Virus record (IMG/VR): IMGVR_UViG_3300021599_002733
DNA length: 64,000 bases
Direction: 5' to 3' (one strand)
From: a virus
The position numbers were made by a program, and so were the translations under genes. Each line of letters starts with the position of its first letter. Positions within the stretch are counted from its first letter, which is position 1. The notes beneath the pieces are model-generated. The model searched no databases, had not been told where the DNA came from, and worked only from the letters and a program-made list of their open reading frames with translations. This document shows positions 48,958 to 57,400 of the stretch, piece by piece.

Positions 48958-49332
48958 TTATAGTACGTCCTCTCCTGCTAGCGCTAGCTGTAATTCTGCT
49001 ACTGGTCCTCCGGTTGAGACTAGCCATTTATTATCTTTTGTAAACAAATAACCATATTCTTCTATATCACCACTGAAGAAATCCTCTACATCGTTATGTT
49101 GTTTTTGGTTGAGATCCTCTCCACGGTCACGAGCGTATGCTATTGTTTCATCTATATCTGATTCGAGTGAAGATATATCTCCTAGTGCAATTAGTTGCTC
49201 TACTTTCTCTCTATCTTGAAAGTGGTTTTGGAGTATCTCTCCATTACCTGATATGTAACCATCAAAATGACAATAAATTGATGTTACTGTTCCGTCTTGT
49301 TTTTCAATTGCGATTCTTGATCTAGTGCTCAT
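48958..49332 (-). CDS. Conserved phage hypothetical (MSTRS.I...YCH.DGY)
   Basis: ORF track. Confidence 0.65.
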   Translation of the reverse strand: MSTRSRIAIEKQDGTVTSIYCHFDGYISGNGEILQNHFQDREKVEQLIALGDISSLESDIDETIAYARDRGEDLNQKQHNDVEDFFSGDIEEYGYLFTKDNKWLVSTGGPVAELQLALAGEDVL

Positions 49333-49393
49333 AACTTTTATTTTTCTTATTTATACTACAATATACGAAAGATATTTCAAATATTCTATTCCT

Positions 49394-49747
49394 TTATTTC
49401 AGAAAACAATAACAAAAACTTTCATAATAGTCATAGTTATTAGCCATTTCTCTTAGTTTATCAGCTGTAATAGAATTATAGAATTTCTCTCCTCTGCCTA
49501 CTACCTCGTAAACTAGATCACTCCAACTATCATCACCAACATCAATACCTCCATTTCCATCTCTGCCTAGCCAAGCATCTTCATATGTTTTAGATAGTAG
49601 ACTTGCTTTTTTATTGACAAATTCTTTTAGTTCGTTAAAAGTATCTTTATCTAATTTGAATAGTTCTGGGCCAATTCTTCTATAATCGTGATCTATATCC
49701 CAATTAGTTGCCTCTATCAATTTCCAATTTTTACTTTCACTTGTCAT
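49394..49747 (-). CDS. DUF4240-like protein
   Basis: WKLIE...DD.W.DL..EVV.RG..FY. Confidence 0.55.
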   Translation of the reverse strand: MTSESKNWKLIEATNWDIDHDYRRIGPELFKLDKDTFNELKEFVNKKASLLSKTYEDAWLGRDGNGGIDVGDDSWSDLVYEVVGRGEKFYNSITADKLREMANNYDYYESFCYCFLK

Positions 49748-49801
49748 AACCTTTATTTTTATACTTTAATATACGAAAGATATTTCAAATATTCTATTCC
49801 T

Positions 49802-50020
49802 CTATAAATTTTCAATTTCTTCTTTTACTTCTTGCCACCATTCCGCTTGTAAATGATATTCCCAAATTGTTTGTAAAACTTCTTCAATTGCAATCAAAGC
49901 ACATTGTTTAGCTTCTTTGTATCTAGATTCTACATTGTTGATTCCTGTATGACTACCATTGTTTGGTAACATATAGTAGAATCTATCAACTAGTTCTTTT
50001 GCTTTTTCTTGTGATGTCAT
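49802..50020 (-). CDS. Small phage protein (KAKELV...AKQCALIA...WQEVK)
   Basis: Likely start MTSQEK. Confidence 0.6.
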   Translation of the reverse strand: MTSQEKAKELVDRFYYMLPNNGSHTGINNVESRYKEAKQCALIAIEEVLQTIWEYHLQAEWWQEVKEEIENL

Positions 50021-50021
50021 C

Positions 50022-50258
50022 TTATTCATCTTCAAATTCCATACACACTACCATATATTCAGGTAGATATTCTACTTGTCCAGCACACTCATTGTACTTT
50101 GGATACTCCTCGTTTTCTAGCATTTCAAAATAACATTTTTCATCGTGTATGTACAGCAGTCTACCTTTTAGTGTTGGAAACACATTGCTATTTGTTACTT
50201 TTCCTATCACATCATGTGCTTTAGAGATAAGTTGGATACGTTCAGTTACTCCCCTCAT
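50022..50258 (-). CDS. Hypothetical protein
   Basis: ORF track. Confidence 0.55.
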   Translation of the reverse strand: MRGVTERIQLISKAHDVIGKVTNSNVFPTLKGRLLYIHDEKCYFEMLENEEYPKYNECAGQVEYLPEYMVVCMEFEDE

Positions 50259-50655
50259 CGTCTTCTTTATCTAAATTAATCCAACCTTTTGTTTCTATAT
50301 GTTTTAGAAACGCTCTAAATTCATCTATACCCTCTTGATCCATCATTTCACGAGCATCTATCATTGACTCTTCAACGTTATGAAATACACCTCTCATCCA
50401 TATAGGATTATCTGAGGAATCTTTTTTCCAATTATCATAATCACCACTTCGTTTATCTGTAAATTCAATGCTAACATCTGGATACAATGTTTCACAGTCA
50501 TCTCTGAATATCATTATTGCTTCAAAGCAATAGTTACTTGTTTCGTAGATACAGTTTATAGTGTTTGTGAGTTGATGTGGTTCTAGGGGTTTGATTTGTA
50601 GTTGTTCTTCTCGAACGTACCATACACCATCAATTTGAATTCTATCTTTACTCAT
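50242..50655 (-). CDS. Hypothetical protein
   Basis: ORF track. Confidence 0.6.
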   Translation of the reverse strand: MSKDRIQIDGVWYVREEQLQIKPLEPHQLTNTINCIYETSNYCFEAIMIFRDDCETLYPDVSIEFTDKRSGDYDNWKKDSSDNPIWMRGVFHNVEESMIDAREMMDQEGIDEFRAFLKHIETKGWINLDKEDDEGSN

Positions 50656-50724
50656 AACTTTTATTTTTATACATTGAATATACGAAAGAGGAGATTACTC
50701 TCCTCTTCCTTTTATTCTATTTTT

Positions 50725-51477
50725 TTAAACTGCTAGAGCATATTGATCTGCTAGAGCAAACAATCGTTGATTTAACAATATATCTTGATTGAAATTTGAT
50801 ACATTTGCTGTTAGCGATTCTTGAATTCTGTTGAACACTGTCCACACATCATTACCTTCATCCTCTATTCGATTAACTCGTAGTATTTCTTCAACGTCTG
50901 CATCTGTAACATCATCAAAACGTAAACGAGCTGCTTGAAAAGCAAACTTCTTCATATCATCTATTGATAGTTGCTTGCGCTTCATCTCATTGATTTCTTC
51001 AGCTAATATAATTGCTTTATTATTTAATTTAGCAATGATTTGAGGTAGCTCTCTATAATTAATTTCAGTATGTTTAATTTGAGATTCAGCTGCTCTATCA
51101 AATCGAACTGCTCCGTTTGAACATACTAAACGAAATGCTCCTAAATCCATATTGAGTGGTTGAACTCCATTACAACTATTTGATAATGTAATAGATGCTA
51201 ATGCTTCTGTTTTACCTTTGTTGTTTAATATAGAAAAATCAGGATGATGCATCTGAACATAGTTGGAAGATACTTTACGATTTTTTCCTTTTTGTTCTGC
51301 TACACCTTTCAACTGCCAGCCCTCATTTTGTAGTCGCTGTACAACATCAAGAGTATCAATATAAAACGGTTTTTGTTTGATTCGTTGAACATTTTTAATG
51401 TTGTTTGAATCTAATGTGTTTGCGAACGCAATCGCTTTGTTGATATCGTTATCAACAGGAATAAATTTGTACTTCAT
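50725..51477 (-). CDS. DUF932/DUF945 family protein (divergent copy)
   Basis: LSNS.NG...GAFRLVCSNG...H...W.VFNRIQE.L. Confidence 0.8.
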   Translation of the reverse strand: MKYKFIPVDNDINKAIAFANTLDSNNIKNVQRIKQKPFYIDTLDVVQRLQNEGWQLKGVAEQKGKNRKVSSNYVQMHHPDFSILNNKGKTEALASITLSNSCNGVQPLNMDLGAFRLVCSNGAVRFDRAAESQIKHTEINYRELPQIIAKLNNKAIILAEEINEMKRKQLSIDDMKKFAFQAARLRFDDVTDADVEEILRVNRIEDEGNDVWTVFNRIQESLTANVSNFNQDILLNQRLFALADQYALAV

Positions 51478-51539
51478 ATCATTTATCTTTTAAATTTATA
51501 CTTGAATATACGAAAGGGAGATTGCTCTCCCTATTCCTT

Positions 51540-52343
51540 TTATTCTTCTTCTTGATTAAAAGCGTAATGCACTCCGTCCTTGTAGATCGAAAAGAATATT
51601 TTAAAATCTTTATCGCAATCTCGATTCTTTTCAAAGTGTAGTGTTCTCTCAAGTCCATCTTTACTTCGTTCTACTTTACAAAACGCTTCCATCATATGCT
51701 TTAATCTTTGGGACCCTGCAAATTCATCGCTTTTAGTTACTTGTTGAATGTTGATAAATGATGTATAGTATCCAGGTTTGTTTTTACCTTTTTTAACATT
51801 GTCTTGTAGAGCTAAGAACCATGATTCTGCTTGTTTTGAAGTACCTCCGTTTTGATCTTTATACATATCTAAAATTTCAGCTACAGAATCAACTGCTATT
51901 ACATCATATCCTAAGTTAAAAACATGTTCAACTGTTTCTTTGATGTTTTCCATATAATCTTTCAAAAACAACGTTTGAACGCAACCAAACGCTGGCATTC
52001 TTCTACAGTATTTGTAATGTCCGATTTGATCCATTTCTCCTTGTACTAGCAAACATTTTAGTCCTTGCATTGTAAATTTAGATAACATATCCATTACTAG
52101 TGTTGATTTACCTGAACCTGGTCCTCCTGCTATCATCATTGAAGTGCCTGGCATTAAACCGCCTTCAGTAGATAAGATAATATCTATTTCTGTATTTGTT
52201 TTTAAAGGAACGAATAGCGATTCATTGAACTTTAAATCGTTTCCTCTAAATAGTTTGATTTGAGATAAATCAATTTCTTTTCTTTCTACTTGTTTTTTAG
52301 GACGTCCTCTTCTTTCCACTTTTAATACATTTACGTTTTTCAT
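51540..52343 (-). CDS. RecA-superfamily ATPase, RadA/Sms-like, with N-terminal AT-hook
   Basis: RRGRPKK; GGPGSGKST; VDSV; QVTK...AGS..L.HM; KNR. Confidence 0.8.
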   Translation of the reverse strand: MKNVNVLKVERRGRPKKQVERKEIDLSQIKLFRGNDLKFNESLFVPLKTNTEIDIILSTEGGLMPGTSMMIAGGPGSGKSTLVMDMLSKFTMQGLKCLLVQGEMDQIGHYKYCRRMPAFGCVQTLFLKDYMENIKETVEHVFNLGYDVIAVDSVAEILDMYKDQNGGTSKQAESWFLALQDNVKKGKNKPGYYTSFINIQQVTKSDEFAGSQRLKHMMEAFCKVERSKDGLERTLHFEKNRDCDKDFKIFFSIYKDGVHYAFNQEEE

Positions 52344-52408
52344 AACCTTTTGCTTTTTAAATTTATACTATAATATACGAACTTTCTTTTAAATCTTCTA
52401 TTCCTCTT

Positions 52409-52636
52409 TTATTTTCCATATGTTTGCTCCCACACCTCAGCGCCTGTTCTATTATCGTGTTGTGGCCAATTTTCGTTGTATCCTGGGTTGCTTAGGTGCA
52501 TTATAATAGCTATAATTGTGTTTAGCCAAAAGAAAATAAAGTATTTTCCGAAATGACCTTTGATATACCATTGAATGAACCAAACAAACAATGCTATTAC
52601 TATAAATGAGCTTATAAGATTCCAAATTGCTTTCAT
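52409..52636 (-). CDS. Small membrane protein
   Basis: Two hydrophobic segments. Confidence 0.6.
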   Translation of the reverse strand: MKAIWNLISSFIVIALFVWFIQWYIKGHFGKYFIFFWLNTIIAIIMHLSNPGYNENWPQHDNRTGAEVWEQTYGK

Positions 52637-52683
52637 ATTCTAAATATACGAATTTTCTTTTAAATATTCTATTCCTTTTATAA

Positions 52684-52731
52684 AGACAACAATGGAGCAG
52701 CTGGCACTGCTCCTTTAGTTTGTTGTTGTCT
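52684..52731. terminator. Long intergenic hairpin
   Basis: AGACAACAA..GGAGCAG-ctggca-CTGCTCC..TTGTTGTCT. Confidence 0.5.
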
Positions 52732-52735
52732 GCTT

Positions 52736-53536
52736 TTAATTTGCAAACTCAAGCGCCAATTCAAACAATTCTTTGTTTACTTTCAAGTCTTGATTGAAGT
52801 TTTTAATTCTTCGCGCTTTGCGGCTTTTGTTACCTGCATTATAGTTGAAATCACCTTCAATGATTTTTTCTTGTATTACATTGAATATTGACCATAGATC
52901 AGTTCCTTTATCCTCTGGTCGAGTTGGCTCAAGCAATAGCTTAGCATCAATTGTAATTCGTGTCATTTCCTCCTCTGTAAAGCGAGTAGCTAGAGCACGT
53001 GTTGCTAGCTCAACTGCTTGCTCTTCATCCAATTGAGTTTGTTTCATTTTATTCATTGATTCAACTGTTAGAGGTAAACGCTCAACCATCTCTTTGATTT
53101 TTGCTTGCAATTCCTCAAATGTATAGCCCATATGACGCAATTTTACATTTTCGAATTCTGTAGTGGAGATAACCAATCCATTTTCACATACCAAACGAAA
53201 CAAACCAGCTGTGAATGTAAATGAATTTTTTCCGTCATGGCTATTTGTCAATAGAATTTGTGGAAACACTGTATCACCATCAGAGCCATTGATTACAATA
53301 TCATTGTTTCTAAACACTACTAGGTGTTTTTGGAAGCCAACACCTTTTCTTGCTTTGACTTGTTTAGCATCTACAACTCCCCATCCAAGTTGAGCCATAT
53401 CATCAATCACTTGTGATGTTGGAATGTGTGTATAAGCAGATGATACATTTGTTGCTGCTGTAGCTGTAAATACACTTGGTGCTGCATTTTTAATGTCGCT
53501 TTTTGACAAGAATTCTGAATTTTCTAAATTTAACAT
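52736..53536 (-). CDS. DUF932/DUF945 family protein
   Basis: APSVF; Y..IPT; LTNSHDG; GLFRLVCENG; LW..FNVIQE. Confidence 0.9.
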   Translation of the reverse strand: MLNLENSEFLSKSDIKNAAPSVFTATAATNVSSAYTHIPTSQVIDDMAQLGWGVVDAKQVKARKGVGFQKHLVVFRNNDIVINGSDGDTVFPQILLTNSHDGKNSFTFTAGLFRLVCENGLVISTTEFENVKLRHMGYTFEELQAKIKEMVERLPLTVESMNKMKQTQLDEEQAVELATRALATRFTEEEMTRITIDAKLLLEPTRPEDKGTDLWSIFNVIQEKIIEGDFNYNAGNKSRKARRIKNFNQDLKVNKELFELALEFAN

Positions 53537-53598
53537 ACCTTTATTTTTTTAATTATACTTCAATATACGAACTTTCTCCTGTGAATCCAATTCCTCTT

Positions 53599-54168
53599 TT
53601 AATCCCACCAACGATTTATTTGTTGGTTCAATATTTTGAATAGTAGTTTAAGGGAACGATCTTGGTTTTCAAGTGCCACTTCCATTGCTATCTCTTGTTT
53701 GTCTTTTTGCTCTATTGGTCTGTTAAAACGGTTTATCTCTCCTGTCATAACCCGCTTATGTTGTCTAGGATATTTGGCTAGATATTCATCGTAGTTTTCC
53801 CATATCAAAGTATCCTCCATTGAAAACCATTGTTGTGTCTCGTCTGTTGGAACAAATTCATATTCTTTTTTAAAGTAATCCATATACTCAGAATGGTATA
53901 GATCTTCCTGTTGTATTCTACATAGGCGAGCACACAATAACATCAATTCAGCATCTCGGTTTGCACTAACATGTATGCCTTTTTCCAAAATATATTTGGC
54001 TTGTTTTTCTAGTTTAACTCGTAGCACCTCGTAGATGTAGTGATGGTCATAGTCTCTATCTTTCCATATGGTTGGTAGCCAATGGATTATGTTTTTGATA
54101 CCTCTGTAGATATCTTTGTGGTAATATTTACCTTCAAATTTCCACCATCGTTGAATTCGTCCTAACAT
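53599..54168 (-). CDS. Conserved phage hypothetical (W.DRDYD...WWD)
   Basis: ORF track. Confidence 0.65.
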   Translation of the reverse strand: MLGRIQRWWKFEGKYYHKDIYRGIKNIIHWLPTIWKDRDYDHHYIYEVLRVKLEKQAKYILEKGIHVSANRDAELMLLCARLCRIQQEDLYHSEYMDYFKKEYEFVPTDETQQWFSMEDTLIWENYDEYLAKYPRQHKRVMTGEINRFNRPIEQKDKQEIAMEVALENQDRSLKLLFKILNQQINRWWD

Positions 54169-54169
54169 C

Positions 54170-54436
54170 TTATTCTGATTTAATTCTTTTTAATACATAA
54201 AATCCACCACTTGCTACATTATATCCAAACTCAAGATTGTTTTCAATAAGGAATGACATAACCATTTCTTTTTCTTCTGGTGTTAGATTAATGCATTCAT
54301 AGTTTTGAACATCTCTTAACTCATCTATTGCAGTTTGTGTCCCAACTCTTAATCCTGCTGAGTAGTTTGAATCTCTTATTGATTTTATATAATCATCAAC
54401 TACATTTGGCTTTGGCTTTCTATACTTTCCAAACAT
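54170..54436 (-). CDS. Hypothetical protein
   Basis: Likely start MFGKY, which avoids the overlap. Confidence 0.55.
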   Translation of the reverse strand: MFGKYRKPKPNVVDDYIKSIRDSNYSAGLRVGTQTAIDELRDVQNYECINLTPEEKEMVMSFLIENNLEFGYNVASGGFYVLKRIKSE

Positions 54437-54437
54437 C

Positions 54438-54743
54438 TTATTCTGATTTAAAGGTTTCGTTGTAGTATTGTTCTGCATTTCCAACTGGATTTGATATTTT
54501 TTCAATTCTATCTCTTGTTCCTTTATCATATCCATCATCCCAAGCGTTATGCACTTCGTCTTTCTCCATTTCTAGGGCTTTCTCAAATAGTTCTTTATGA
54601 GTTATATCAATGTTTTTTAACTCTTGCATCAACCACTCTAGTGCTGTCTGTTTCATATTTGCTCTTTTAATTTGTGGTATAACCACGTTTTCAAATATCT
54701 CTTTTAATTTAGGTTTGAATTCTTCTGGGTCTAGAAAAGGCAT
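54438..54743 (-). CDS. Small phage protein, MKQTA.EWL family
   Basis: Paralog of 42451-42654. Confidence 0.6.
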   Translation of the reverse strand: MPFLDPEEFKPKLKEIFENVVIPQIKRANMKQTALEWLMQELKNIDITHKELFEKALEMEKDEVHNAWDDGYDKGTRDRIEKISNPVGNAEQYYNETFKSE

Positions 54744-54744
54744 G

Positions 54745-55026
54745 TTATTTTTTCTTTTTACTACAGTTTCCTCTTGCAAAATCATCTATTGATTTAACTC
54801 CACACTCACATTTTTGAGCATCAACATCAAACATACAACCTTTAATACCTGCTTTCTTGTTCTCTACCCAAACAGCTCGCTCTGCCTCTATTGGTGATAC
54901 GTTTCCTTCAGGATAAACGGTGTGAGATATTCTGATGCGTCGTTTTATCTCTACTGGTTTTTTACATAACATTCCTATATGTCTGAGCCAAAGTAGGAAT
55001 TTTGTTTTGATGTTTCGTTTTCTCAT
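54745..55026 (-). CDS. Hypothetical protein, Cys-containing
   Basis: ORF track. Confidence 0.55.
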   Translation of the reverse strand: MRKRNIKTKFLLWLRHIGMLCKKPVEIKRRIRISHTVYPEGNVSPIEAERAVWVENKKAGIKGCMFDVDAQKCECGVKSIDDFARGNCSKKKK

Positions 55027-55027
55027 G

Positions 55028-55255
55028 TTAGTCGTTAAATGTTAAACCTTGTTCATTCATATTTCCACGTAAAAACTCTCTAACTTTCTCTAGAGCTTCA
55101 TATACTTCTCCTGTTACCTTGTCGTTGTATTTTAGCTCTGAGCGGAGATGTTGATCCACATCCCATGCTAACATTTGCCATTTCCAACCGTTGAGAGCAG
55201 ACTCCATGTCTATTCTATCTTCGTTTGGGTCAAATTCTAAAATTACTTTTGCCAT
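55028..55255 (-). CDS. Hypothetical protein
   Basis: ORF track. Confidence 0.6.
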   Translation of the reverse strand: MAKVILEFDPNEDRIDMESALNGWKWQMLAWDVDQHLRSELKYNDKVTGEVYEALEKVREFLRGNMNEQGLTFND

Positions 55256-55488
55256 TACTTTATCATTTTAATATTTCCTGTTGGTATTTGTATTTTCTTT
55301 CCCTCGCATGTAACAACGTATGTCATCCCATTCCGGTAAGATGTTGTCTCGTGAGCTTGAATGGATGTTTCATCGTGTAAAATCACTATTTTATCGCATT
55401 CTTTTTTACGTTTAATGGAATATATTCCTATCATTGTAAACACTCCCACTACAAGTGAAAATGCCATAATTGAAATTGCATCTTTCAT
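55255..55488 (-). CDS. Membrane-anchored small protein
   Basis: N-terminal TM. Confidence 0.55.
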   Translation of the reverse strand: MKDAISIMAFSLVVGVFTMIGIYSIKRKKECDKIVILHDETSIQAHETTSYRNGMTYVVTCEGKKIQIPTGNIKMIK

Positions 55489-55692
55489 AACTTTTATTTT
55501 AATTTAATATACGAAAACTATTTTATTTCTCCAATTCCTCCCAATCAGAGTATTTACCATTTACTTTTACTCTATATTTGTATTTACTTAATCTAGAGCA
55601 CATAGCTAAAAATTCCCCTTCAAACCAAATGTGGGTATATCTCTTTTCAAAATCAGAGAAACAATTTCTAACTTTCACTTTATCTCCTCGTT

Positions 55693-56442
55693 TCAAATCC
55701 ATTCTATCTCGTTTGTAATGTTATCCCACTCAAAATTAAATGGTGAATGTGCATATGAATATCTTTCATCCAACACAGATGCGTTTATAAAATGTGTGTG
55801 ACCATCAAAATAGTGTCCCCAACTTCCATGAATATGTCCAAACACATGTATTTTTGGTTTGATTTGATCCACTCGATATCGAAGCATTTCACAACCAACT
55901 CGAATTGTGCTTCCACCTGGTATATCTAGGTGTCCGTAAGGTGGTCCGTGTGTAATTAGTATGTCTGTATTTTCGGGTATAGCATCCCATTTTGTTTTCA
56001 TTTCTTCTCCGTTTCGAGGTAAATTGAAAGCCCAATTGAAGAATTCGGGTTGCCAAGGCGAGCCATAGATGCGAATATTTTCTTCTGGTATGTCTCCGTT
56101 TGGGCCATCATAGTATAGGGCTAGTTCCTCGTCTTGTAGATACTCTATTGTTTTATATCCTGTTAGTATACCTTTTGCCTCTTCTGGTTTGTCTTGCATC
56201 CAACGGTCGTGGTTTCCAGCGATAAATATTTTAGTGTTGTAGTTGTCTATTTCATCAAACCATTTGAAAAACATCATTGCCTCCATTGGATTATATCCAC
56301 TGTTCATAAAATCACCTGCGTGGATAAGAATATCTCCACCGGGTAGATCCAACGGTTGATTACTTTTACGTAACGATTTTGACGTTGTAAGTTGATTGTG
56401 TTTAGTGTGTGTGTCTGAAATTAATGTGATTTTTGTTTTCAT
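55693..56442 (-). CDS. Metallophosphoesterase (calcineurin-like, MPPED/239FB-type)
   Basis: SDTH; HAGD; GNHD; THGPP; FGHIH. Confidence 0.92.
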   Translation of the reverse strand: MKTKITLISDTHTKHNQLTTSKSLRKSNQPLDLPGGDILIHAGDFMNSGYNPMEAMMFFKWFDEIDNYNTKIFIAGNHDRWMQDKPEEAKGILTGYKTIEYLQDEELALYYDGPNGDIPEENIRIYGSPWQPEFFNWAFNLPRNGEEMKTKWDAIPENTDILITHGPPYGHLDIPGGSTIRVGCEMLRYRVDQIKPKIHVFGHIHGSWGHYFDGHTHFINASVLDERYSYAHSPFNFEWDNITNEIEWI

Positions 56443-56465
56443 AACCTAAATATATGAAATTTTAT

Positions 56466-56816
56466 TTAAATATCCTCTTCCTCCTCTAAGCCATCCATTA
56501 AAGTTACATCCCAAATGGATATATCATCATCATCTTCATCCCAATACCCATTTACATAAATTCTATATAACTCGAGTGTTGTATAGTATGTTCCTGTACC
56601 ATCAGGTACAACCCAACATGCAGATCTTTCTTCATCATACCCAGGTATAACATTTTTTTTCAAAATCCAATCTCCAAATTGTATAGCGGATTCTTGTCTA
56701 GCTCTAAACGTGTCTACTGTTTTGAATGCTTGTTTTGCTTCTGCTCTACGTTTGAGTTCATTCCATTCTTGCTCTGATAAAGCATCTATGAGTATGTCTA
56801 GAGTTTGTTTATCCAT
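56466..56816 (-). CDS. Hypothetical protein
   Basis: ORF track. Confidence 0.6.
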   Translation of the reverse strand: MDKQTLDILIDALSEQEWNELKRRAEAKQAFKTVDTFRARQESAIQFGDWILKKNVIPGYDEERSACWVVPDGTGTYYTTLELYRIYVNGYWDEDDDDISIWDVTLMDGLEEEEDI

Positions 56817-56843
56817 TTTACCTACATTTGTATGAAGTTAATC

Positions 56844-57239
56844 TCATTTTCTTTTTGTGGTGTTGATGCAAATATATAGTTTATACTCTGAATTTTTTGT
56901 TTTGAATGCAATACAACGGAAATCCCCCTCTGTAATATCACTTTCAATTTCCGTAATTGGGGTTGTTAGCCAAGTGTATTGGTAACCGTATTGTGGGTCA
57001 ATTATAACACTATAGCCAATTTGGGGTTCTTCGTGTAGTTCTTTTGCTCGGCTGCCTAGCTCTTCTGCTCCCCACTCTACAAATTTGAATTGTATTCCAA
57101 AGTGTTTTTCACCATTGCTTTTAATTAGTGTGATAGGCATATTTGTTGTATTACAAATATCGCAAATGTTTACAGATGTACGTAAACCTTTCTCGTGGTG
57201 TTTAGTGATACTATCACAATATCTACAATATATTTTCAT
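56844..57239 (-). CDS. Zn-ribbon hypothetical protein
   Basis: C..C...C..C. Confidence 0.55.
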   Translation of the reverse strand: MKIYCRYCDSITKHHEKGLRTSVNICDICNTTNMPITLIKSNGEKHFGIQFKFVEWGAEELGSRAKELHEEPQIGYSVIIDPQYGYQYTWLTTPITEIESDITEGDFRCIAFKTKNSEYKLYICINTTKRK

Positions 57240-57400
57240 TTTAAATAAATAATAACATTAATAACATAACTGTTGCCCAACCATCAAATCCGGTAAGAGC
57301 GAATATAACCATTCCAATAAACGAAAGCAATTGAAATATAAATTTTTGATTTCCTTTTTCCATACTTTGAATATACGAAAGAAATCTTTGAAAGCCAAAT

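Larger units (their letters stand above)
37201..56482 (-). repeat. About 40 dispersed copies of a promoter/leader repeat (A)GGA-N22-CGTATATT...AAAGATAAAGGTTATG
   Basis: Plus-strand AATATACG-N22-TCC (or close variants) at about 37201, 37831, 38037, 38321, 38675, 38858, 39262, 39552, 39950, 40316, 40586, 40853, 41093, 41357, 41565, 42401, 42677, 42928, 43231, 43577, 44058, 44421, 44954, 45338, 45803, 46134, 46707, 47186, 47428, 47818, 48608, 49360, 49768, 50677, 51505, 52372, 52643, 53562, 55506, 56449. Confidence 0.9.

Noticed and set aside
37201-56482. CRISPR array interpretation of the dispersed repeat
   Set aside because: The units between repeats are 200-1900 bp and carry ORFs, the repeats are degenerate, and there is no cas operon. 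The Cas4-like gene is a common standalone phage exonuclease.
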